The notes under the pieces: model-generated
What the model was told of the DNA's origin: nothing
Databases searched by the model: none
The model's input: the letters and a program-made list of their open reading frames with translations, nothing else
Source of the DNA: Bacillus phage Nemo
Sequence record: NC_031070.1
DNA: 24,000 nucleotides
Reading direction: 5' to 3' (one strand)
Position numbers and translations under genes: made by a program
Shown here: piece by piece, positions 8,753-15,898 of the stretch
How positions within the stretch are numbered: the stretch's first letter is position 1
How the letters are laid out: every line of letters starts with the position of its first letter

Positions 8753-9048
8753 AAAAGTTGTTGACTTTACTAGTTTTGTGTGCTACACTATTAATAGGTT
8801 GTGAGACTGATAACTATGTAACCACACTTGAGGATGTGAAGGTTGTTGGAAAGAACTACTCGACAGCTAGAGCTCGGTACAGTACGATTACGATAGAAGG
8901 TACAGATGTTAAGTTGGACCTTAAAATCCAAGACAGCCAATTTAAAGCTATTCAAGAAGGTTCTACGATTACAGTTAAGTTTGATAACCGTGACATGCTT
9001 ATCTATCATATAAAGTTCAAGGGGGAGAAGAAGAATGAACACAATTAA
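8749..9048 (+). CDS. Predicted secreted lipoprotein, 99 aa
   Basis: Signal peptide MKKLLTLLVLCATLLIGC with LIGC lipobox; ATG overlaps the preceding stop. Confidence 0.75.
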   Translation: MKKLLTLLVLCATLLIGCETDNYVTTLEDVKVVGKNYSTARARYSTITIEGTDVKLDLKIQDSQFKAIQEGSTITVKFDNRDMLIYHIKFKGEKKNEHN

Positions 9049-10090
9049 TGGTGGTCAGTTGTATAAAGTGAAGACTATGGGTTTGATGCTGAATATGTTT
9101 GATGAATCGTTCATGCCGATTACTCATGATGTTCAAGAAGAAGTTTGTGAGTACGATGTATATGAAAAGGTAGATGAGTGTAAGATTGGCGTGACGCTGC
9201 GACATCTACAGCTAGACTTCGAGATTACTATTACTATGGACCAACTGGTAACTTACTTCGAACCGTTTAACAGTCATGAAGTAATCCTAAGACCTGTAGT
9301 TGGTCGTAATATTATAACCCAGTACTTGAAGGATGAGCTATCAGTTGATGATATCGATTTCGGTACAGGATTTGTTATCAAGGTTGATAGAAACTCGTTC
9401 GATGCGGATGACAATGATGTAGTCGTTAGAATACAGTACGCTAAAACAGGGTTTAGGTTCCGTCAGTTCAACACAATTGCAAGAGTTATGGAAATGAAGT
9501 CTCTCTTATCTATGTTCAATAACCCTAGAAATCGCTATATCTCTGATATGAACCTGTTCGATAGAGTTACTATCGATGAGCATAAGGACTATCGTTACTT
9601 CTATGGGTACTCAACAGCTGAAGGATTTTGTAGAACTATCCGTAAAAACATCGATAAACAGGAGTTCGTTCTAGATAGAGAGAACGTATCAACTGTAGTA
9701 GAATTTAAAAGTATTAACATCTATCTAAATAGTGATGAGCTAGAAGTAACATATACTAAAGGTGTGAAAGAGGAGGAGAACGAAGTGAGCTCATTCAACG
9801 TGATTAATACAAACGAGGAATTAGTATTCCCTACAAGTATTGACAAGGGGTTACTGGTAACATTTAAGCACGGTACGGTACACATGCTAGTAAACAACCT
9901 ATCTATTGTTAAGGGTGCAACTTTTAATGTTATCGAAATCAACAAACAAGGTAAACTCGGAGTGTGGGGCAGTAGCTTTGACAGCACAATGAGCTATTAT
10001 AGAGGGTTGGACAAGTTGCAACTGCAAATAGTTCGTATCGATTCTATTAATGACTTCTCTCTAGTAAATAAAGCATTGCTAAATAAGTAG
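9035..10090 (+). CDS. Hypothetical protein, 351 aa
   Basis: Long ORF, GGGGGAGAAG upstream. Confidence 0.85.
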   Translation: MNTINGGQLYKVKTMGLMLNMFDESFMPITHDVQEEVCEYDVYEKVDECKIGVTLRHLQLDFEITITMDQLVTYFEPFNSHEVILRPVVGRNIITQYLKDELSVDDIDFGTGFVIKVDRNSFDADDNDVVVRIQYAKTGFRFRQFNTIARVMEMKSLLSMFNNPRNRYISDMNLFDRVTIDEHKDYRYFYGYSTAEGFCRTIRKNIDKQEFVLDRENVSTVVEFKSINIYLNSDELEVTYTKGVKEEENEVSSFNVINTNEELVFPTSIDKGLLVTFKHGTVHMLVNNLSIVKGATFNVIEINKQGKLGVWGSSFDSTMSYYRGLDKLQLQIVRIDSINDFSLVNKALLNK

Positions 10091-10116
10091 ATTCATGTTA
10101 TAATAAACTCAAGTTA

Positions 10117-10133
10117 CTAGTAGCTCGCCAGAA
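10117..10133 (+). repeat. 17-nt dispersed repeat, copy 3
   Basis: CTAGTAGCTCGCCAGAA. Confidence 0.8.
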
Positions 10134-10157
10134 CACTGACTAGACTCTGTTCTGGTG
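10126..10157 (+). other. Stem-loop after the 351-aa gene
   Basis: CGCCAGAACA / TGTTCTGGTG, 10 bp with one G-T pair and a 12-nt loop; starts inside repeat copy 3; no T tract follows. Confidence 0.55.
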
Positions 10158-10195
10158 GGTTGGGTATACCAATAAAACTATTAGGAGGAATGGGA

Positions 10196-10492
10196 ATGTT
10201 ACGAGTTATTACTGAGACAGATAGACAAGAGGCTTTAGTTGAGAAGGAGCAAGAAGAGTATATTTTAGAAAGTACTAAAAGCGGTGTTGGTACAATAATC
10301 CTAAATAAAGGTGAAATTGTTAAACATAACTGGGAAAGACGTAGTGAGTTCACTCATTATGCAAGAGCCATTATTGAAGACACAGAGTTGTATGAACTTA
10401 TTGGGGAAGACTTCTCTTTCGTAGAAGTTAAGTTCATATACTCTTATGAGAATTATGAGAAGTTCTTAACGGACCGCGGGGTAACAGTATGA
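10196..10492 (+). CDS. Hypothetical protein, 98 aa
   Basis: ATG10196 has TTAGGAGG upstream; preferred to the track start at 10160. Confidence 0.75.
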   Translation: MLRVITETDRQEALVEKEQEEYILESTKSGVGTIILNKGEIVKHNWERRSEFTHYARAIIEDTELYELIGEDFSFVEVKFIYSYENYEKFLTDRGVTV

Positions 10493-10803
10493 GTGAACAG
10501 TTCAATCTTAACTGGGAGCAAGCGGAAGCGTTACTGAAACAAGGATATAGCGTTGAGCATTATTCGTTCGAAGGTAAACGTTACCTAGTGTACTACAGTC
10601 ATAGTATGTTATGTACTGCATTCGGTTACGGATATGGTGAATACGAGGGAGAACCTGCTTTCGAAAGTACAATTGCTAGTATTGAAGATGTAGACAGTCG
10701 AGTGTTTAGCAGCGGTAAAGTTATTAAACTAGGATACCAACCTAGCAGATACATCCAGCGAGAAGGTTGGAGAAAACACGGATTATGGACTAAAAGAATA
10801 TAA
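10489..10803 (+). CDS. Hypothetical protein, 104 aa, paralogous to the next ORF
   Basis: ATGA overlap. Shares WEQA-x-A...SFEGKRY...FGYG...LGYQPS with WNQARAA...SFKEGEY...FGYG...VGFEPS. Confidence 0.75.
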   Translation: MSEQFNLNWEQAEALLKQGYSVEHYSFEGKRYLVYYSHSMLCTAFGYGYGEYEGEPAFESTIASIEDVDSRVFSSGKVIKLGYQPSRYIQREGWRKHGLWTKRI

Positions 10804-10823
10804 GAATATAAGGAGCGATTAAC

Positions 10824-11171
10824 ATGGATAACGAAAGATTAATTGGGAAATGGGAAACACACTACCTACGTAAGCAGCAAGAAGGCGAAGACGCGATGTG
10901 TACATGGAACCAAGCTCGAGCTGCTATGCAAGTAGAAGGATTAGCAATTAAACTTAATAGTTTTAAAGAAGGCGAGTACATGTATCACATTAGCGGTGAT
11001 GACTTCGCTAGAGCATTCGGTTATGGTAGACGTACAGCATCAAATATCAACGCAACAAGATTCATTTCTCAATGGGCTTTCGTTAATTCAAGTCACGATA
11101 TCCAAGTAGGATTCGAACCAAGCGATTACGATTGTCAGTATATGTGTAAAATTGTTGGGAGGATTAAATAA
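10824..11171 (+). CDS. Hypothetical protein, 115 aa, paralogous to the previous ORF
   Basis: AAGGAGCG upstream; sequence similarity by eye to 10489..10803. Confidence 0.8.
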   Translation: MDNERLIGKWETHYLRKQQEGEDAMCTWNQARAAMQVEGLAIKLNSFKEGEYMYHISGDDFARAFGYGRRTASNINATRFISQWAFVNSSHDIQVGFEPSDYDCQYMCKIVGRIK

Positions 11172-11401
11172 TGGCGAAAGAATGGACAGGCTGGGATAAA
11201 GAAGAAGAGATTTACAGTGAACAAACGGATGATAAAAATAAATTTACGGTTAAGAAATGCTACAAGGGTTCGAATCCGTCTTATGTTTTAGAACCAATGT
11301 ACATGAGCCCTACAGGGTGGAAGAATGGTACACGTAAAGTAATTGGTGTTAAAGCGTTTGAAAAGATTCTAAAAGCTGTGGAGAGCTCACTAGTAAACTA
11401 G
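11171..11401 (+). CDS. Hypothetical protein, 76 aa
   Basis: GGGAGG upstream, coupled start; the stop codon lies inside repeat copy 4. Confidence 0.75.
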   Translation: MAKEWTGWDKEEEIYSEQTDDKNKFTVKKCYKGSNPSYVLEPMYMSPTGWKNGTRKVIGVKAFEKILKAVESSLVN

Positions 11402-11407
11402 TAGCTC
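11383..11407 (+). other. Inverted repeat at a gene end
   Basis: GAGCT(C)ACTAG-TAAA-CTAGTAGCTC, 10 bp with a one-nt bulge. Confidence 0.55.
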
Positions 11408-11414
11408 CCTAGAG
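11398..11414 (+). repeat. 17-nt dispersed repeat, copy 4
   Basis: CTAGTAGCTCCCTAGAG. Confidence 0.75.
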
Positions 11415-11425
11415 AGGATGATAGT

Positions 11426-11875
11426 ATGGCACCTTTATTAGCATTCTTTGGACTGTGTGCAATATACTTTATTGTTCATATGTATTCTAATAGTACACCT
11501 CCAAAGAATAAGGACAGACGATTAAGTAAGGATATGAATGATGTTGTTCACAAGAAAGACAAAGAACGACTAGAAGAGGTTCGACGTGAGACACGTGAGT
11601 ATCTGCTTAAGAGTAACTATAACCCTAGCAAGCATAAAGCTCCGCTAGGCAGTAAAGGTTACCGAGATTCATATAAACCACCTACACCTACTAGACCTAA
11701 AGATACTCGTAGGAACTGGGACGACAGGTATGATATAGACACATTCTTTACATCTCCTAATACAGCTGCACATACACCTAGTAGCTCACCAGCACCAAGT
11801 TGTGGGCGTAGTTATCATGATGACGGCGGAGGAGGTTCTAGTAGCTCCTCAGACTCATGTGGTTCATTTGACTAG
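11426..11875 (+). CDS. Membrane-anchored protein with Gly/Ser-rich C-terminus, 149 aa
   Basis: N-terminal LLAFFGLCAIYFIVHMY, low-complexity C-terminal GGGGSSSSSDSCGSFD; AGAGGA upstream. Confidence 0.75.
   Translation: MAPLLAFFGLCAIYFIVHMYSNSTPPKNKDRRLSKDMNDVVHKKDKERLEEVRRETREYLLKSNYNPSKHKAPLGSKGYRDSYKPPTPTRPKDTRRNWDDRYDIDTFFTSPNTAAHTPSSSPAPSCGRSYHDDGGGGSSSSSDSCGSFD
11778..11794 (+). repeat. 17-nt dispersed repeat, copy 5 (coding)
   Basis: CTAGTAGCTCACCAGCA. Confidence 0.75.
11838..11854 (+). repeat. 17-nt dispersed repeat, copy 6 (coding)
   Basis: CTAGTAGCTCCTCAGAC. Confidence 0.65.
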
Positions 11876-11888
11876 TAGCTCACTGGAA
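11872..11888 (+). repeat. 17-nt dispersed repeat, copy 7
   Basis: CTAGTAGCTCACTGGAA. Confidence 0.75.
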
Positions 11889-11925
11889 CGAATATTGAAA
11901 ATTATCATGCTAAAATAGTAGTTCA

Positions 11926-11960
11926 AAAGAGTCTGACAATTCTGTCAGGCTTTTTATTTA
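11926..11960 (+). terminator. Intrinsic terminator
   Basis: GTCTGACA-ATTC-TGTCAGGC followed by TTTTTATTTATTTT. Confidence 0.9.
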
Positions 11961-12062
11961 TTTTAAAACCCTTGTGAACCCTTGGTATGACTGGATTTGT
12001 TGGTGCTTTGTAAATAGTTTCTTCCATTATAGGAAACATAAAAAAGTTATTTAAAATAATGG

Positions 12063-12092
12063 TTGCATTTTCCTTGTTTACCATGTTACGAT
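12063..12092 (+). promoter_or_regulatory. SigA-like promoter
   Basis: TTGCAT, 18 nt, TACGAT, then GTTTACAGAGTTAAAC and GAGGAGGGG. Confidence 0.65.
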
Positions 12093-12124
12093 GTTTACAG
12101 AGTTAAACGAGAGGAGGGGACAAG

Positions 12125-12331
12125 GTGACAAGGGCGTACATAGTTGATAGTAACATTAGTTTCTTTGTAAGGCGCGTATACAGTTACGGCGATGTGTTCA
12201 CACATAACAATAAAGAATATCAAGTCCTATACATAACAGGTGATACAATGTTCATTGCGTGCGTATCACATACACATCAAGGTAGAATTAAAAAAGTTTC
12301 AAAAAGTGTTGTACAAGTTAAATATGTATGA
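12125..12331 (+). CDS. Hypothetical protein, 68 aa
   Basis: GTG start after GAGGAGGGG, first gene after the promoter. Confidence 0.75.
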   Translation: MTRAYIVDSNISFFVRRVYSYGDVFTHNNKEYQVLYITGDTMFIACVSHTHQGRIKKVSKSVVQVKYV

Positions 12332-12337
12332 TACAAT
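12309..12337 (+). promoter_or_regulatory. SigA-like extended -10 promoter overlapping the 3' end of the preceding gene
   Basis: AAAAAGTG-TTGTAC, 17 nt, TACAAT, then GAGGGCAGTTAAGAAAAAC...AAGGTGGTAG. Confidence 0.85.
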
Positions 12338-12385
12338 GAGGGCAGTTAAGAAAAACAAATACTAATTATAAGGTGGTAGTTGAAA

Positions 12386-12973
12386 ATGAGATTTACAGAT
12401 AGTTTAACAGTGGTAAACGAGGCGGCAGAAAGAAAATTAGTTGTTAGAGAGGCATTGAGTCAAGTTGAGTTATTAGTGGAAATTACAGATTTATATGACC
12501 GTGGTTTAACAGCTATCTATTTAAACGTTGATGAGGTTAAAAGCCTTGTAAACTCTATGCACAAACATTTCCGTCGTGATAAGTTCATCTATAAAAGTGA
12601 GCGCTCTTTATACTTCAAATATATGTCAGAGACAGAGCGAACAACAGTCGAGCTAAACATGTTTGTAATCCGTATTAGTGAACTGGATTTACAAAAGACC
12701 TGCTTACTATTTGAAAAGTGGTTAACACATCACGGTATTGAGTTTGAAGGTATGGACTATAAGAAGGAAAAGGTCACACTTAAGATTGATGAATGTAAGA
12801 AAGATTTACAGTTCTTTACTAATGAAAAAGTTAGCATTATTTCAAGTATGACAAGCGTAACTAATGATACTGTTTTGGATGTGTTGGTGTGTGATTTAAA
12901 GGAAGCAAACCGCAATATTGAGAGATTAGAAAAAACTTTACAGGATTGTATTGACAGACTATCACAATTTTAG
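12386..12973 (+). CDS. Hypothetical protein, 195 aa
   Basis: ATG12386 has the same spacing from AAGGTGGTAG as the other leader modules; the track uses TTG12380. Confidence 0.8.
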   Translation: MRFTDSLTVVNEAAERKLVVREALSQVELLVEITDLYDRGLTAIYLNVDEVKSLVNSMHKHFRRDKFIYKSERSLYFKYMSETERTTVELNMFVIRISELDLQKTCLLFEKWLTHHGIEFEGMDYKKEKVTLKIDECKKDLQFFTNEKVSIISSMTSVTNDTVLDVLVCDLKEANRNIERLEKTLQDCIDRLSQF

Positions 12974-13009
12974 TAAACTAAGGTTAACTTAATAAGGAGG
13001 TAGTTGCAA

Positions 13010-13144
13010 ATGACTAAAGAGCCTACGTTATACAAAGGTGGGACAAGCATTAAGAGCCAACACCGCGCTGTACGTAAATTTAACAATAGTAATAGTAATG
13101 AAATGTTAAAGGCGTTGCGCAAAAGTAAGAAGGTGAAAAAGTAA
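13010..13144 (+). CDS. Small basic protein, 44 aa
   Basis: AAGGAGGTAG upstream, ATG overlapping the next gene; MTKEPTLYKGGTSIKSQHRAVRKFNNSNSNEMLKALRKSKKVKK. Not in the track. Confidence 0.7.
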   Translation: MTKEPTLYKGGTSIKSQHRAVRKFNNSNSNEMLKALRKSKKVKK

Positions 13145-13344
13145 TGAATTGGAAGTCATTAGATGATAGAACCTTTGTAATGAAGGTTAAAGAGTTCGTG
13201 AAGGGTTTTAATACCCCTCGAACTTCTATGAAAGAGGTCATAGAGTTTAACGAAACGTTAGACATTATAGAAAGTGAATATGATAGACGTTTCTATCTTG
13301 ATTTCTATGAATCATATTATGAGTTACTGGACATTGAAAACTAA
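13144..13344 (+). CDS. Hypothetical protein, 66 aa
   Basis: Coupled ATG; AAGAAGGTG upstream. Confidence 0.7.
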   Translation: MNWKSLDDRTFVMKVKEFVKGFNTPRTSMKEVIEFNETLDIIESEYDRRFYLDFYESYYELLDIEN

Positions 13345-13364
13345 ATAACAGGAGGTCGTTACAA

Positions 13365-13628
13365 ATGACAACACCAGAAACCTTACAAGAACAACGCGAG
13401 GAGCTACAGGACAAGCTAGAATTATTGTGGGATGCGTTCGACTATTCGTCGAGCCCGTCGGAGCGTGAAGAACTTAAAACAGAGATTCGCGGTATTAAGG
13501 CGCAAATTGATAAGCTTAATAAAACGCTAGACATGTTACAAGATAACATTAATGAAGATGCTTGGTATAGTTCTAGTGATGCGAGATTATACGAAACGGG
13601 GTTGACACAAGATGACTTCCTTCAATAG
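13365..13628 (+). CDS. Hypothetical coiled-coil-like acidic protein, 87 aa
   Basis: AGGAGGT upstream; heptad-like QREELQDKLELLWDAF and REELKTEIRGIKAQIDKLNKTLD. Confidence 0.8.
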   Translation: MTTPETLQEQREELQDKLELLWDAFDYSSSPSEREELKTEIRGIKAQIDKLNKTLDMLQDNINEDAWYSSSDARLYETGLTQDDFLQ

Positions 13629-13815
13629 TAAAGAGTTGCTTACATTACATGGGGCATTACATGAGCTTATACACTATGGATTCTTTGACGTGTTTTCAAC
13701 TAGTAATGTTAGTTCATATCAATTAAAAGATGTGTTAGATATAATGGGAATCAAATACACGTCTAATATTGGTAGTGTTAACGGGTATAAGTATATAAGA
13801 ATTAAAATAAAGTAG
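13612..13815 (+). CDS. Hypothetical protein, 67 aa
   Basis: Short ORF overlapping its neighbour, just upstream of the next promoter; start codon uncertain. Confidence 0.6.
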   Translation: MTSFNSKELLTLHGALHELIHYGFFDVFSTSNVSSYQLKDVLDIMGIKYTSNIGSVNGYKYIRIKIK

Positions 13816-13820
13816 AAATA

Positions 13821-13854
13821 GGGGGTTGCAACCCCCTTACATACATGCTACAAT
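13821..13854 (+). promoter_or_regulatory. Palindrome-embedded promoter (fused terminator-like hairpin and promoter)
   Basis: Perfect 16-bp palindrome GGGGGTTGCAACCCCC; -35 TTGCAA (13826-13831), 17 nt, TACAAT (13849-13854), then GATTACAGGTTAAG. Confidence 0.85.
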
Positions 13855-13902
13855 GATTACAGGTTAAGAAATGCAAATAACTTTATAAGGTGGTAGTTGG
13901 AT

Positions 13903-14169
13903 ATGAAAAAAGCTGAGATGGTAGAAAAGATGCAAGCATGTGTTAAGGAGTTAGAAAGCATTTGTACTTATGATGCTGGTAAGCTTGCTTTATTAACTAA
14001 TCAATACATGGGTATTAGATTGCACTATACTTGCTTAAAAGCTGATAGAGTTTACAAAGCTATCTGTAATAGTGATATGGATTACTTACAAGGCATTCAC
14101 AGCCGTGCATTAGAAATTATTATGGGTTACATGATTGATACAACTTATGATATTAAGGTAGGTGCATAA
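13903..14169 (+). CDS. Hypothetical protein, 88 aa
   Basis: AAGGTGGTAG upstream; ATG13903 preferred to the track TTG13897. Confidence 0.8.
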   Translation: MKKAEMVEKMQACVKELESICTYDAGKLALLTNQYMGIRLHYTCLKADRVYKAICNSDMDYLQGIHSRALEIIMGYMIDTTYDIKVGA

Positions 14170-14171
14170 CT

Positions 14172-14378
14172 ATGTATATTCGTAGTGAAGTGAAAACAAT
14201 GTCAGAAACTCAATTAATGTTAGCTTTTCATAGAATTAGCTGTGAAATGGTTAAAGATGAAATGAGCGGTAAAGGCGTTAAGCAAAAGACACAACGCGCT
14301 CTAGGTTACATTATTAGTGAATTGGTAGGGCGATATGATTTAAATGAAAATGAATTAATCGACGGAATTTGGCAATAA
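14172..14378 (+). CDS. Hypothetical protein, 68 aa
   Basis: ATG just after the preceding stop; GTAGGTG upstream. Confidence 0.7.
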   Translation: MYIRSEVKTMSETQLMLAFHRISCEMVKDEMSGKGVKQKTQRALGYIISELVGRYDLNENELIDGIWQ

Positions 14379-14382
14379 ACGT

Positions 14383-14411
14383 TTGCATTCTAAAAGTGGA
14401 CATGCTATAAT
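14383..14411 (+). promoter_or_regulatory. SigA-like extended -10 promoter
   Basis: TTGCAT, 17 nt, TATAAT, then AATTACAGGTTAAC. Confidence 0.8.
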
Positions 14412-14451
14412 AATTACAGGTTAACAAAACAACTAAAAAAAAGGTAGGTAG

Positions 14452-14739
14452 ATGAAAATGAAGAAAACTCCAGATTACAAATATTATGTTACTATGGTTG
14501 ATACTTTCATGAGCGGGTGGGGCGAAGCTAAAGACCGTAAAAACAAACTAGCTTTCGAATGTGAATCTTATGAGGAAGCGCAAATTGTAGCAGGTAACGG
14601 AACAGGTCGCGAGGAAATGAAATACGTTTACATTTGCTCTCATAGACCTAAACAAAAGAAAGGCGAATTACTTCAATTCAAAACTAAAGAAGAAATGGGC
14701 GCGTTCTATGTACCTAATAAATGGGGTGCGCCTTGGTAA
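14452..14739 (+). CDS. Hypothetical protein, 95 aa
   Basis: AAAGGTAGGTAG leader upstream. Confidence 0.8.
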   Translation: MKMKKTPDYKYYVTMVDTFMSGWGEAKDRKNKLAFECESYEEAQIVAGNGTGREEMKYVYICSHRPKQKKGELLQFKTKEEMGAFYVPNKWGAPW

Positions 14740-14741
14740 GA

Positions 14742-14807
14742 ACTGTCTGGACAGTGACGAAAGTCAAAGGGCATTAAGTCCAGAGCGTCCCACCTAATAG
14801 TGGTGGG
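14742..14807 (+). other. Compactly structured intergenic element of unknown function
   Basis: TCTGGAC (14746-14752) pairs with GTCCAGA (14778-14784), enclosing TGAC-GAAA-GTCA (14755-14766), followed by CCCACC (14789-14794) pairing with GGTGGG (14802-14807). Confidence 0.45.
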
Positions 14808-14825
14808 GGTTGCCAATAAAAAGTG

Positions 14826-14855
14826 TTGACACTTTTCGACGGCATATGCTACAAT
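14826..14855 (+). promoter_or_regulatory. Promoter with inverted repeat centred in the -35
   Basis: AAAAGTGT-TG-ACACTTTT contains TTGACA (14826-14831); 18 nt; TACAAT (14850-14855); then GTTTATAGGTTAGG. Confidence 0.85.
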
Positions 14856-14905
14856 GTTTATAGGTTAGGAAATACAAATAAAAAAATATAAGGTGGTAGT
14901 TACAT

Positions 14906-15886
14906 ATGACAAACGTAAATGAATTAAAAGCAGTTGAGGAAAAAGAAGTAATTCAAATTGAAGGTAAGGAATTTAATTTCCCATTATATGACGCGCACAA
15001 CGAAGAATTATGCGATAGTGAAGGTAACCGCGTAACACGTGATGCACTAGGATTTATTGTGGAAGATAACCAATCCGGAGACCTTGACAGAGTTATTAGT
15101 GACATGGTTAATCGTTACGAAACAGAAAGCACTTTCGATGTGTGGACTATGATGCGCGACGCGCGCGACGCTTTCCAAGAGGGCATCGACGAAGGTATGA
15201 TTGTAGTTAATACAGATGATATGAACACAACTATGTTAAGTGCATTCTTGTATATGCTGGACAGTGAGTTACAAGCAAATAGAAGCGAGATTCTATATAA
15301 CTACATTGTGTACCGTGTTAATAAAATGTTAGTGGACAAGCATGTAACACAAATGGACATCGAAGGTCTAGAACAAGAGATTGAGAACTATGCAGACGAG
15401 GCAGAAAGCAGTTATAGTGAGTTTGATTACATGGATGATGAAATGTTTTCTCAGTTGGAAGAATTCATTGATTCATATATTGCAGGTCTTGAAATGGGAC
15501 AACCTCTTGATAATCAAGATTGGGAAAATATCGGTGATGTGACTATCACAGAGGGCGCAATGTTTATTAAAAAGGATGAGGACACAGACAATAGTTATTA
15601 TGTGGAGCGTGTATCCGGTAACGAATTTGAATCATTCTATTTAGATAGTATGTATATTGATTTAAACGATGGTTGGATTAACTGGTATGATATTAACGAG
15701 TATGCAGGAATTAGCATGGACGCGGAACCATATGAAAGAATTAGCGCTTTAATAGGATATGACGGTATTGAAAACTTTAACCCAACGACAACAGAGTGTG
15801 AAAAGGCTGTAGACTTATGTGCAGCACTTAGAAACGCTGGTGTAAATGTAGTATGGAGCACGGAGCACGAAGAAATACAATTCTAA
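14906..15886 (+). CDS. Strongly acidic hypothetical protein, 326 aa
   Basis: AAGGTGGTAG leader upstream; D/E-rich throughout. Confidence 0.9.
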   Translation: MTNVNELKAVEEKEVIQIEGKEFNFPLYDAHNEELCDSEGNRVTRDALGFIVEDNQSGDLDRVISDMVNRYETESTFDVWTMMRDARDAFQEGIDEGMIVVNTDDMNTTMLSAFLYMLDSELQANRSEILYNYIVYRVNKMLVDKHVTQMDIEGLEQEIENYADEAESSYSEFDYMDDEMFSQLEEFIDSYIAGLEMGQPLDNQDWENIGDVTITEGAMFIKKDEDTDNSYYVERVSGNEFESFYLDSMYIDLNDGWINWYDINEYAGISMDAEPYERISALIGYDGIENFNPTTTECEKAVDLCAALRNAGVNVVWSTEHEEIQF

Positions 15887-15898
15887 ATAATATAGGTG

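Noticed and set aside
10117-11888. CTAGTAGCTC copies as tRNA D-arm remnants (GTAGCTCAG-like)
   Set aside because: No acceptor, anticodon or T-arm sequence nearby at any of the seven copies.
1267-11888. Repeat copies as a CRISPR array
   Set aside because: Spacing is irregular (34 bp to over 4 kb), repeats are diverged and lie within or at the end of coding genes; no cas genes.
11957-12062. AACCCTTG direct repeat after the terminator (AACCCTTGTGAACCCTTGG)
   Set aside because: Only two short adjacent copies with no supporting structure; insufficient to claim function.
14742-14784. Hammerhead-like ribozyme because of CGAAAG and compact stems
   Set aside because: No CUGANGA core and no correctly placed three-way junction; kept only as an unclassified structured element.
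15151-15172. GATGCGCGACGCGCGCGACGC GC-rich tandem-like run
   Set aside because: It lies in frame in the acidic protein (MMRDARDAFQ); most simply explained by codon use for RDARD.
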